A stretch of DNA of 64,000 bases, from NCBI GenBank assembly GCA_003344405.1, contig NOWV01000025.1, positions 372,001 to 436,000 on the forward strand, read 5' to 3'. The notes beneath the pieces were generated by a model, which did not search any database, was not told where the DNA came from, and saw nothing but the letters and a program-made list of their open reading frames with translations. Source of the stretch: Trichoplax sp. H2 (lineage: Eukaryota). Numbering within the stretch: the stretch's first letter is position 1; every line of letters begins with the position of its first letter. Below are positions 40,401-53,825 of the stretch, piece after piece. The position numbers and the translations under genes were made by a program.

Positions 40401-43400
40401 TTGGCAGATTAGGGTAGTAATCTGTAGAAGCACCTCAAAGTAAGTGCTTTGCGTTAGACTAGTAAACTTATCAGGAAGTTGTCTGTGACAATATATTATT
40501 TTACTTATAATGTTAGTTAGCTAAAAAGGTATAAGCCGACTCACAATTTGTTTACTCCATATCTATCAAACCCTATACCAACCGCTACACCAACAGTCAC
40601 GATTGGAGAGCCTTCAGTTTAAAAGCATATTTCAAAATAAATTGAGTTTTACGCTAGAATGTTGAAATAAACTTAAACTTCATTATTTATCATTCAAGAT
40701 TTATTTACCCCATCCTATGGCATAATATAATTTTCTCTTGGAGCTTGTATTGAAAACCGTGATAACTTTTAAGTAAAGGTGAATACCTTCCGCAAGCATC
40801 CATGAGAACATCGACAACAGAAGCATATGTAGTGTTATAGCTAAAATTTTGCAGCATATCTAAAGTATAATAAAATACCAAACTTAGTTTATTACTATGT
40901 GAAATGGAGATTAATGGGATTACGGTCCGTAACTTTACTTAGAAATAGATGTATCTAAAATAATTTTAATTTCTTTACTGCATCATAAATTCAATAAATT
41001 TTTAATTCAGGGAAGGTAGGACATAATTAAAAAAGGAAATTTTAAGGCTAGTAGCTCAAGACAGGCTTATATTACTATATCATTGCACTTACATTATTAT
41101 TTTTAATTATGCTAGCACCGGTCAAAATGATTCCGATCTGAGATAACAACATTGCCAAAGCCAGATTAATATGAATTTCATGATGTTCCGAAGAAGTACT
41201 AACAAATTGATTAATGAAATCATCTAAATTACGGTTAAGAATCGATAATATTTTAACATCTTTTAGTAACTTCTATCAACTTCAGCAGAAAAAATTAAAC
41301 AGATGATTGATCACAGCTTTAGGTAAAAAGTAAATATTTAAGACTCTATTAAAATTATTGCTACTCGTACTTTACGTAATATATGTCATGTATATTTCTT
41401 TATTTAATAATTGTAATTTGTTTTAATTCATCTATAAACCTTATATCGCTGTTACTATTATATTATTTAAATTTTAAAATATCCTAAAAAGCTTTTTAAG
41501 TTCTTGGTAAAAACAGAATTTCATTTTATAGCAAATGCAAACGTGTTATTATGATTAGGCGGCTACTACTGTATTTAATCATGTGGCTACCTTAAAGTAA
41601 AATAACCATAAATAAACATATTAAGATTTATCTCATCGCTATCTATATCCTACTGTTCTATTTTTGTTTACCGAACAAGGGAAAGAATGACGATAGACAT
41701 AAACAATGCGATAATTGAAGTACCAGAGCAGATAAATGTTATTGTATCTAAATTAACTAAATGTTCTTGAGAGATCTTGTAGAAAGAATAAAAAAAATAG
41801 ATCAATAGTTTAGAGAGATATATAGTAAATGATAAAATGATTAAGATTTGGCGAAAGAGATACAGCGTAAAGCTTGCTAAAATGGCATTGACTGTATGAT
41901 AAGATAAAGTAACATATGAACTCAAGAGTATCCTTAGCGTAATGAAAAACAAATCGAGATTAAATTTATATTACATATGAAAATAGAATTAGAATTAAGA
42001 TGATATCATTTAACTATAGTCTAAATTTTAAATTGACTTAATAAAAGTAAATTTACAATAGACAAGATAAATGATGTTTGTGAAACTTTATAAAGCCTCC
42101 GTTGTTAGCTAAATCCTTTCCTAGGTAATATAATCGGTCTAAAATATTTTATTTCTAAACTGCTAACCTCTACTTCTGTAACGCGCATTAATATTGCAAA
42201 ATGCGTTAAATGGTTACACCGACAGTGGGTATGAGTTTGATTCCAATGAACAACGCTGCAACCACTATCTGACCAATTTCCTGAGCTAGGATTTAAATAA
42301 GCAATATTGAAAACAGACTGGTTAGAAATTTGTTTCGTTACCTCACATATTACTATATCTGATTTTCGGTCAGATTTCGATTTACCTTTTGGAATTGGTA
42401 GCAAATTCCCAAAATACACAAACTGGTTGAAAAGTTGTAGTAAAATTGACCTAGTTCAAGGTATAATTTTAATGGTGGTCTAAATACTACTGACCATAGA
42501 AAGCGGTAGTATTTGATTGCAATCATGATTTCTAGTCTACTTTTACATTACCTTGTTATGAAATAAAGTGAAAGTAAAAGGATTGGAATTATTCAACTTC
42601 GGCATAGGTGTTACAGTGCAACCCAAAATTAGGGAATTTAGATAGGTATTGGATGCTTGACTGGAGCTTAATAAGCAGGTTAATTAAATAGTAGTATAAA
42701 AAAATACTTTTAGAAAACCAATATATCAAAATATAAAAAATTAATACTAGATGTAGAGATTAGGTTTATTTTTTAGTGCAAACCCTTCCGTATCCGAATT
42801 TGCTTTTTGCTTATTCATGATATACTGTAAGGATTTATACGCGCTGATGGAAACGATTACATTATCTATACCGTGATATGAACAATAATAGATTTAGAAA
42901 TGAAAACAATTTCGTTCAATTTAGTCACTTAATGCTCTAGCATGAAAATATATAATACACACTTTTGTTGAGTTATTTAATGGCTCTAAATATCACACGA
43001 ATTAAACAATATTGACTAGATGAAATTATCATTTGCTGAATTAAAGCTCTGCAAAATTAATATTATACGATTTACAAATAAAATAGCTAAATAATCGCGA
43101 TAACAAAGGCTCATATTACGTAAAAAGTATCACATAAAACGTGATTCAATTGTGTGAAATTAGAATGGACAGGAATACTGTATATATAAATTAGAGTAAA
43201 TATACAATCGCAGCCTTTAAATAAAATAGATTTACTGATGTGCGTACTGTTCGATGAACATAATCAAACTAGTATTCGTAGAAATAGGATCATTGCTAGC
43301 TAGTAGGTTGTAATTTGCATAATGAGATTATTAAAATCGGATTTTAAAGATTGCCGCATTAACAGTGGAACAAATGTATAATAAAGGCATTCCACCGGCC

Positions 43401-46400
43401 ACATTATTATAGGCTGCAAAAATTTTTATTATTACTTTCAAATCCTTTGAAAATGTTATATGAAGAAAGACCGACAATAAATGCGAAAGCTTCTCATAGA
43501 AAAGTTAGTCGCTAATTACCTATTTCTGTAGCAAGATGAGATGGTGGTAATGTCAAAGAATATTTTTGAATTAATGAATTATGATCAGTAGTATCCGTCG
43601 CCTCCATGGAAAATCCGTAGTTGATATATAAAGATGATGACTCTTTGACAATATTCACATCTAGAGTCCAAAAAAAGAGAAATAGGACCATAGTTACACC
43701 AACTAGCAATGTATCCTTGATTCTAAATCTTAGAAACAAATTACTAATGATAACTTATAACATATTTTCTGAAACTATCGGTATTATAACTGACCGCAGT
43801 AAAGTTATACGATATTAATACTTTTGTCATTTGATAAAAAAGAAAGCTTTCGATACTGAAAATTGAATGCTTTAATAAAACTACTAAAGATCTGCAAGCT
43901 TACCCAGGTTAGGAGAGTTGAAGATAAACGACTGGTTAACGGCTAAGACATGGCCAACATCTTTTGAGACTTTATCAGTTACATTCAAAATATCTGCGGA
44001 TATTGCATCTTTCTAAATGGAATACATTTGTGTAATAAAACTTATGCTATTAACGATACTTTGAAAAATATTTGATATTGGTAAATAGCAGTGCAAAAGG
44101 CTATTATAAAGAGTTAATGTTGCTATAACCTAGGCCTTACAGCTATAATTTATCGTGAAGTCATATAATTAATCAATTACAACTTGATTACAGGTAATTG
44201 CTTACAATCTCATGTCATGATTTAAAATATCTAAAACATAACTACTCCGCTCAGTAACACTATAATTCCGAGTAAATTTTTATGGATCGAATTATTATAG
44301 ACCTAATAACTATACCATCACTTAATTACATTTTTTGCAATTAAACTATTTCAAAAGTTCTTGCGAATAAAAGTAATAACTATTATGGCAATTTAATCTT
44401 CTATTAGCTCCAATAAAATCTTATATGTTTAAGTTGACTTTAAAAAAAGCATAAATTTCATTAGGGCAAATATTGGGCTCTATTTACGCCGCAAGCATGC
44501 AGAAAGCTAAATTTTTTTAGTCCAAAGTATATAGCTAAATTAATATTTAATAATATTATGCATTAAAGTCAATTTCTGCGGTATCTCAGCATAAAAAACC
44601 TAAAACTTAGAATTGTGCAAAATCAAAAATCATCAGATTTCCTCGAATGCAGTGGCATTAAGTGTCTCAAAATCAGAAAGGATCAAAATTTGAAAATTTA
44701 TAATTTTTATTTTATTACACAAACTACTTCCTCAATCTAGAATAAAACCAACTAATTCTGAGAGATGAAATCTCCTGCTTATATGAGTTATTTTTCTAAC
44801 ATGTTTAGATCTATAATTTCTAGATAATCTAGTATCAAATTACTGGCATAATCTTTGGTGTTCAACCATCTTAAGAAGACATTCTTAATTAATGCTACAA
44901 TGTTTACTGTAATTATTTTTTAGCACGGATATGTGCTCAATGCTATCTTAAGATTCTAGTTAATCTACTATTGCGGATCTATAGTATCAATCTAAAAATC
45001 TGACATGCCACTTAGCGACTTCCTACAAGCTATTAAGCTATTTTGGGCTGCACTATCGTGGCAGGTGCTTTAATTAATCAATAGGAAGATTATTGTGATA
45101 AAAGTATATCCTCACCTTACTAGTTTTACGCCATGCATTCAGGTTATACTTTGAAGTTAGAATGCCAAGAGTACTGAAATAAACCTAAAGTATAAGTTAA
45201 TCCGTTTATTAGTATAGGTCTTCAGTAATACAAAATTAACAAGCTAATAGCAGTATGTCAATGCTTATGTGCTCATACTGTATCACCAAATTTAATGTGG
45301 TGTAGTTTATTAAGATTTATTAATAACTGGAAGGACTTAGAATCTTAGTTGAAATTCCAATAATAGAAATTAACATTTCAATAGATGACATGTATATTTG
45401 CTTATATGTGAATGGCATCGTAGTCTATTATCATTACAGGTATTTATCGAATCCACTTCATTACATTAAATATGCTAATAAAAGATGAAACAATTAATCT
45501 GAATTATCTTGTCAATAGTAAAGAATTCACGTTTTAAAATCTGTTCAATGTTTAAAGGTACTCCTATACTGCTATATCACTTAATTTATCCTGTAGGCAA
45601 ATTACTAGTCCAATTTACTTGTAATATTTGCCAACATTAGGGTAATCTGCAGTCTAATTTGATGATGGATGCGGTAACAACGGCGTTAAAAATCAATAAA
45701 CTAGTCAATTAATTAATTAATTAATTAATTATTAGGCAATAAACTTGATAATGGTAAAATTTTCAATTAATCAATTAACTTATTATTGGACGATAGGAAT
45801 TTAGATGAATGATTCATATCGGAATGACCTGCTGCACCAGGGAAAAATATTCATGAAGCTCGAAGTAAACGTAGAGCATACGTATATGAAGACATTGATC
45901 GACTAGATTTCAGAACTTAGAACTAGATTCACTTACTGTTTTGTTTCTCTATTTGAATAGCTTAAATGAGCTTTTATTTTTATTTACAGTAAACATTTAT
46001 GTTCGACTCCGTCATCCTAACTTTATTGTCAGATATAGAAGTAGAACAGAGTGAGATATAGTCAGCCTTGTTCCGAACACATAGCTAACTTCACAATACT
46101 GGCATACTATACGAACGACATGATATGATCTGACCTTAGCAAACTCCTATCGTCATAAACTACTGCTTACATACATTTGAATTATCTGGTGAAATGGTCT
46201 AGTATTTCTGCTAATAGCTATATATAGTGTATGTACATGAAGCTTCTTGGAAAGGCTACTATACTATCATACGCTTTAGCATATTGTACCAATAGTGTAT
46301 ATTTAAGTTCATGAAAAATCTATTCTATTTTTGTCTAGGGATATTACCAAGTAAAAACTGTGAGCTGAAAATCTACTATTTCATATATTGTTACTTATAT

Positions 46401-49400
46401 CTTATCAATAGGTATCTTGCAACTATCTACATCAATAGATACTTTAAACTACAAATCATTTGGGTTACTACATTACGATACTATTGGATCAAATTTCGAA
46501 TGCAACTTGCCGTTCTTAATAGTAAAAATCTTTATAGATGAAATATTATAAGTAAAATCTTTAGGTAGACTTTATTGAAACAATGCAATTGGATATCTGA
46601 TAAGCTGGAATACCTTGGCATAATTTGTTTGATTTAATGTTCCGTTTAGGTTAACTGGATAATTCAGCTTTAACAATGCTTGATGTGCAATAATTATATC
46701 ATCTGAATTAATAGTACCATTTGTATCGAGAGCTTTTTGAAGGTTAGTCAGTATAGTAATGGCTTGCTTGCCTGTAAAGCTTGTCTGATTCTTAGAAATC
46801 TAATTGAAATAGAAGTTATTAAGGGTAGACACCGATAAGAAAATCGAAAAAGTAAGTGAAGCGATAGTATACTCAACCTGATTGTAAATATCTAGAAATT
46901 CTACGGAGATATTGCTTGCATAGGGAGTAACGGTTGTTGGCATATAGGTCACCCTGGTGGATAGTCAACATTTATAACGCAATTGCTGAGCTACTAAGAA
47001 TTTTAGAAAGTGACTATAGCTTCTTTAATAATATCAAAAGCCAATAACGTATTGCATTCTAGAACTCTTTACTTAAGATTATATATATCGATTGAATGTT
47101 ATACACTTATGAGGATACATACTCAATGCTGCTAGCATTTGCTTGGGTAGAGACTGATGTTGTCAGTATGTTTGTTAATAAGATTGAAGGTGGAGAGCTA
47201 TTTACGGTGTTTTGACTTTGCAATAATTGGCAACTGATCGAAGACATGGAGCAAATGTTTGTCTGTTTGATCGTTGATTCAGGAACAGGTGATAGACTCG
47301 TAGAAACAGCTTGCAATGTCCTGGCATTAGTCAGATTTGTTGTACTATCATTTGGATGGTTTGCAACGGAATCTGCAGTTGATATGGCAACTTTTAAACT
47401 GCTGGCTAGGGGTTGTGAAGAAGATACCGAAAATTCAGCTACTCCATTCTTTTGACTGCTTTCAATAGTGAGTAAAATATCTCTGTTGCTATTACTTGCA
47501 GAAGCTGCTGGAATGACTACAGTGGCATTAATATTAGTGTTCGAAGGCAGTATAGAATCGAAAATACTAATTCCACTATAAACTGAGGTCGCCGCTACTG
47601 CTTCGTTGATTCCTGAAGAAGAAGTTAATGTACCTTTAACAGATAGTGATGCCATCCAATTTGTCATTACTTCTGAAGCCGATGTTTCTACATATATTTC
47701 TGATGTACTTGCTACCCCATCAGGAAGAGATACAGAGGTTGTTGTCGTACTCATTATTAGAGTAGAAATGGATACACTCATTTCATAAGAGTAATAAATA
47801 GATTCTGACCATGACACTTGAGTCATTAAGCTTGGAGATAGAATGTCACTTGAAAGATTTATGGAATCATCGATGGTTTCTTTCGTGAATAAGATAGTAT
47901 CGTGCAATATTGTTGTTGATTCAAGCTGTAATGATTGCACGGTATTTGTTGGAGACAAGAGTACGTTTGAAAGCAATAGAGAATTGCTAAGCATTTCTTT
48001 CGAAGAGAGAATGCCATTAAGAAACATCGATGTACTAATATTATCAGGTAAAGCTAAATTAGTGATAGAAGTAGATTCAGATAGGGATGATTGAACTAAA
48101 TTTGAAGATGAGATGGAATATTCGTATGTCGAGGAATCATAGAGTGATTCACTTGATAGAGTAGTATCAAGCGAATTAGTTGTACTTGAATTATTGGTAG
48201 CTGAAATATAATTTTAATTCAAATTAGATATTGCAAAATATACGTAAGGCACCTTACAGAAATTAATTTTTCATTAGCTCGTTATTGTCTGATATGCTTA
48301 TAAAAATACTGAAGAAATTATGCCTAGATGCGATAGGAATGGTATAATTTACTTTCATCAATGGTAAAATTATACTGAGATAGCAAAATTATTAAATATT
48401 ACATCTCTAGAATATCTTAATCAAACGCAGTAATTTAGCAACTTTAAGAGAATAAAAAAGTTCAAGCATTTCCCAAATTATTAGTGTCAAGGGTTTAATA
48501 ATCGCTTATAATGTCTTACTCGTAGAATGCATTGCTTCTGAACTTGAAAATAATAAAATTAGGATAAAGGTTGGAATTGAAAGAGAAGGAAATTTAAGTT
48601 AATATAGAGTATTAAAGCGATACGAAACTTTATCTCCAAAACCTAGTGGAGAAGATCTCGTAGTACGGAAAACGTTTGGCGTTCAGAATAATCAAATTCT
48701 ACGATGCGGCCTGTTAGGATGATCTATCTACATTTAATTTTCTATATTCCGTTATTTCAGAATTCATGTAGATGAAATGACTAGCAGACAGATTCATTTA
48801 GATAGCTTTCTATATGTTTAGAATCTACAGTATATGGACACATTGATAGGATATCATTATAAGATATTACTCACCTTGTAAAACTACTGTAGATCGCTAC
48901 GTCTCAATTTAACATTCATATGCTAAGATACGTGTATATAGTACTTAAAGGCACGAAACATAGCATCATATGCTAGGTAGTCCTATCAATCGATAAATGG
49001 AATAGATTCCATGGGTTTTGATATCGAGTATTAAGATCCTGGTAGTAATATTTAGATGTTCTGTAGTCAACTCGAAGTTGCAATCACTTTTAATTGCATT
49101 TATCAATAATAGCTAATTTGTGGCCATCAGGTAAATATATGTCACAGTACGAACTACCGTTTAAAACTGAATGACTAAAATTAGTGAATTAACATTTATA
49201 TATGGTAATAACTATTAACGGCTTACAGCAAGAACCACGGCAGTTTTTTATTTGTTACCGTAAATTATGCTGCACTGTAGCAGGAGTTGTTATATAGTAA
49301 CTGATGTTGATTGATCACAGTGCTATGTCTTGTGGTGCTTGTGATTAAGGGATATTGAATCCCTGAAACTTTAAAGATTTGTTTTACGTTATCTTTGTCA

Positions 49401-52400
49401 CGAAACTGGTTTGTGACAATATGTTATCTGTTTCTTTCATTAGTGAAATATTTCCATTCAAACTATATGCTCTGCTAGAAGAACTGTCCTGTAACCGGCT
49501 GTATCCCCGATATTCTCGTAAAGATGAATTAGATTAACGTTTTGATTAAGATTTCATGCGCGTTCTCGACATGAATAACGTAATACTCTACAGGTAGATA
49601 GATTATTGCAATCGATCATAATTTCTATTTTAGGTATTCTTAATAGCAACTTACATAATTCGCATAGTGTGCGTGCATCACTGCTACAAGAGCGAGTTTT
49701 CCATTTCCAGCTGCTACCAATATATTCGATAACGACACATCGATATCCGGCAACGTTAGGCTCGTCGGTGTCCCAATTTGTATAATTTCCGGTAGACTTA
49801 TTCAGGCTCAGCCATACAAAATCATTTGGGCCATTTAAGTTATGAACATCATATAAATCTAACCAGTAAATTTTATTTGTAAGCACTTCAGAAGTAGCAG
49901 CAGCTAATCGTTGCGAAGAGTTTAGGGTAACCACATTTCCGCCTATGTTTGCACAAAAACTCTCAGAATCAGCAAATGAACGCTGGCCATAATTTTCTAT
50001 TCCGTAGCATAACCCTTCAAACAAGACGTAATTAGGTGGACAAATCGGTACTGTTGCAGCTAAAGTGGTATCAAAAATGGAATTCAAATTAGTATATCTA
50101 ACATTGATCAGTGATTTTGCAAACATTAGCTAATTGATAGGTACCGTAATCGATCAAATGATACTATACTATTTTATATTAAAACCCATGGTACATTTTT
50201 GTGATGAGAAGTCATAATTATAAATGTAAATCATATACAAGTAGCTGGATATGGATCCTAATTGGCACAACAACTGCGATATTTAGAAATCATCTAAGTT
50301 TCGATTTGAACAAGCTCAAATTATAATGAGACAGCAATATAATCGCGAAATGATCTAAAGAACACAACGTAAGGCGAAAATTAAAATTAAAGTAATACAT
50401 TATATTTACAGTTGAAATGCATAATTAAATAAGAGTCCACTTGGATTTTAACTGAAGGTAATAAATGAACTAATTCTAAAAAAATATACTGACAATAGTC
50501 GCTTATTGGCCTGCTAGTATTATTAAAATGTAACTTAGCTGTTAATAAAATAACCAGCATTCTATTCAAACTGTCTGTGTCTACTCTTCTAATTTGATGC
50601 GCAATAGTTAATCATACATGATTATTAACTTGTGATAGAAGCTGTCGGGTGTAATGTAAAATAATTTTAATAATTTTAATTTTGAACGAATACGAAGCAT
50701 TTCTTGCATCATCTACTTTGAACGATGCTAGCCAACTATGAAAAGCATAAATTGCATAAGCCAGGCGTTGATACTGTTATTGACGAAAAACTTTAATTTT
50801 TTACGTATTGGATAAAATCAATCTGCATAGCTTTCATGTGATTAAAATAATTGGAAAGAATGTCTACTAAGGTTATAGAATTTATATTTAAGTGTATTTA
50901 CAAAAGAAGCAATCATCCCAATCAATATACCTGCATTAGTTAAATATCTTGAGCGTTTTACGATCCATATCGTTAATAGCTAAATATAAATCGAAATAAA
51001 CAACACGTTAATATGAGACAATTTACACTATTATTGCATGAATACTCGATATTAGTATTGCTCTACACTGTATAGCTGCTATGGCAATCATGTTCTCGAA
51101 TTTTTAAATGCATGAAAGCTATAAAGTGACTATATATTAAAAATAGCAAATTTGTCTCGATGATTCATTCACTTAAATGAATGTTAAATAAAACTAATCT
51201 CTATCTCTATCATATTTATATATAGTATCTGGTTCGATATTAATGAGTCGGCAGAGTTTTAAATTGGTTTCAATAAGACTATTCAATTTCAAGGTGTAAT
51301 AACTGAAAAAGTATTCAATGAAACGTTGTTCTTCTTGCATTCAGACGAATGTCTAGGATAATTTAAAAAATTAGATTTTAATTTCTTTATAAGACTGGTA
51401 TATTTTTTGTCCTCCTAATGTTATTAATGTTGTTAGCAAATGAAATCTTAATGCATGCATAATATTAGTTTCCACCAACAGCTGATACGTAATATTGTAG
51501 AGCTAGAAGTCTTGACTATCAATCATTTTTGTGATAAAATTTCATATTGGCTTACAATTGTAAGTCGAAATTCAAATAATAAATGGCTTTGACTACAAAC
51601 TAGTTAAAATAAAACAATTCCGGAACGAATATAAAAATAGTTATTGGATCTATATTTCATATTATATTTCTATTAAACTAAGACCTATGATTATCTGTTT
51701 TGCAGCTAGAGAGTTCTCAATATAATTAAAAGCTTCCAAGAATGGCTTTACCAGTAATTAATAGGTATTACATCCAATGTAGCTTCCCTACTATGTGGTT
51801 AAATTAAAAGTTATTTAAGAAAATCTGAAGTAAAAATGCGTTGAGTTAGACACTAGCGGGAGATTATCCTTGATAACTTTTTAAATTAAGTATCTTAATA
51901 CTTTGCAATAATTTATAACTCACGCTTAGTTCTCAAAATCAATTGATATTTCAAGATTATGGCATATTAACAAAACGTTATTATGAAGTCTTCTATAGAA
52001 CGAGCTACTAATCACTTTGAAACTAGATGAACTGGACATGTTTTTGTAAATTCAACTTCTCCGAAAGATGTAGGACTCTAGCAGGATTATGATCTAACTA
52101 AGTATTGCCTGCCGATATCTCTAGGGTTAATACTAATGGTTGAATACGATATTCGCAGACAGGCCGTTTACTATTAACATGATAAGAGCGCTTGTATGCA
52201 GGAGAAATAAATACATTGTATAAAACCAAACTTAGCTCTAGTAAACTACTTTATTTGTGACTTTCTATCCATAAAATTTCTATCAAAGTCTGCAGATTGA
52301 AATTAGTATTCACATTATCGACTACATTAATTTCAAAAGAATACAAAAAATTTGAATAATAGTATTTTAATATCAGCACCTCCATCTGAAGATATTATGA

Positions 52401-53825
52401 AACACCCTATTATTATTTAAACTGTTAGCAAATTAATTAACTTTGACAGATAACTGTTCCCAAGGGAATATTTTCGAGAATAATAGTGGGCAAGATCTGA
52501 AATTTCATGAATAAACTTAGTTTTAGCCCCAAAATTACGTTACTCTAGCATTATGACATGGTACAGTTAAGGCTATATACGGTTGAATAACTGAATCAAC
52601 TGCTATTAGGGTACTAACACAAATTAATCGTGATATTCAACAAGAACAAGAGACAGCTTTCGAAATTTAAATGAAATCTATTAATAGCGTAACATACGCA
52701 TAGTAACGAAATTATGATAAAATAAATATTTGATCTGCTACCATTTACTCATTCTTTGCGAAATCGTGCAACATCAATCAGCTCAGACTGAAATAGATTC
52801 ATTTTTGTATCTCTTTTATTCTCTAACATAACTGATTAAGAAAGCAAGTTTTTATCGAGGCCTTTTGGTCGTCATTATTCTTACTCTTGTAATTTTCTTT
52901 CAAGCAATAAGCTATTATACTAGTTAATTCATTGTTAGATATAATGCTTTGTATACGGCAACATTGAAGCCCTATCTACATCAACATTTCCATAAACTGT
53001 ATTACTTGGCAAAGTAGTGCTGTAGCAATACAGCTTTTAAATGTTGTTAACTTTATAGCGCTTATGGTCCAGTAGTTAATGTACATACTGTGATTATTCG
53101 ATGAGTTTTCGGTGGTGTAGATAGTGTATTTAGTATTTAATAAGCACGATACAATTTTTAATTGAGAAGGACTATTTCGGTAGGCTGGCCATGTAGACAA
53201 GTAAAAATTAGAAGCAAAAAATAAAGGAAGCCAATAAAGAAAAAGTAGTAATTTCGAGCTTAAAACCAATAAAAAATATCACGTCTAAGACAATCGATTT
53301 GAAAAATAATTTTAGGATTGGATATTAACAGCAAATTTTCTATCCATATACGTATGACTAATTTTCTTCGTGTACATATTTAATCTGACATTTTCGTAGT
53401 ACGATCAGAACCATATGGTAAATCCTCCAACGATAGCGATTGATATGTAGCGTTTTAGTGCATTAAATATTTTTATTGGCAGTATTTTACAGTATTAAAA
53501 CCTCTATAAATGAACCATTTAAGAATTAATAATTAGTAAATATGCCATACAGGACAAACTCTAATGTATTTGTATTGCGCACATTGATTCAGAAATAACT
53601 TTTTCGATAACTGCTAAAATTAGAGTCCACACATTGCACTTGATGATCAACCTCATACTAATATTACTATTATCGAAGCGATTATTTCGGTAAATTCATG
53701 TAGGCGATTTTTCGATACACGAATATATTATCAAAAATGACCGATAGTTCCTTCATAATTTTGTTCAGACTTACCAATACCATATAGTGATGAGTTTTCG
53801 AGGAAAATTGATATATTAAGACCAT
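37478..53825 (-). CDS. Adhesion GPCR B: C-type lectin, Ser/Thr stalk, GAIN/GPS, 7TM (tandem paralog of A; ~1180 aa)
   Basis: Minus-strand exons: 53775-53825 and 50931-50979 (both tentative, signal peptide), 49655-50059 (CTL), 47123-48200 (S/T stalk), GAIN exons 46878-46953, 46614-46799, 45116-45184, 43904-44012, 43520-43660, 42784-42865, 42552-42666, 42386-42450 (CVFW), 42168-42285 (WSDSGC...CRCNHL|THFAILM), 7TM exons 41672-41775, 41093-41198, 40709-40859, 40545-40611, 39060-39126, 38637-38734, 38366-38492, 38176-38217, tail exons 37945-38037, 37663-37738, 37478-37542 (last exon uncertain). The summed length stays in frame, and the 7TM exon lengths equal those of GPCR A. Confidence 0.92.
39898..40490. 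mobile_element. 593-bp solo-LTR-like element in an intron of GPCR B, TGTTAC...GTGACA, TSD ATATA
   Basis: ATATA at 39893-39897 and 40491-40495. The termini match the family, and there is weak internal similarity to the 60448 copy (TATAGTATAGGAAATGC vs TATAATAGGGAATGC). An AT-only TSD is more likely to match by chance. Confidence 0.6.
45707..45733. repeat. (AATT)n microsatellite
   Basis: AATTAATTAATTAATTAATTAATT in an intron of GPCR B. Confidence 0.8.
49140..49418. mobile_element. 279-bp inverted, shorter relative of the 19286-19727 element in an intron of GPCR B
   Basis: Begins TGTCACAGTACGAACTACCGT (reverse complement of the 19727 end) and ends ...ACGTTATCTTTGTCACGAAACTGGTTTGTGACA (reverse complement of the 19286 end). 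Flanks are ATATA and ATATG (4/5 TSD match). Confidence 0.75.
49655..50059 (-). other. C-type lectin domain exon of adhesion GPCR B
   Basis: CPPNYVLFEGLCY...FCANIGGNVV...YWLDLYD...YTNWDTDEPN...CVVI...WKTRSC...LCE. Confidence 0.92.
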
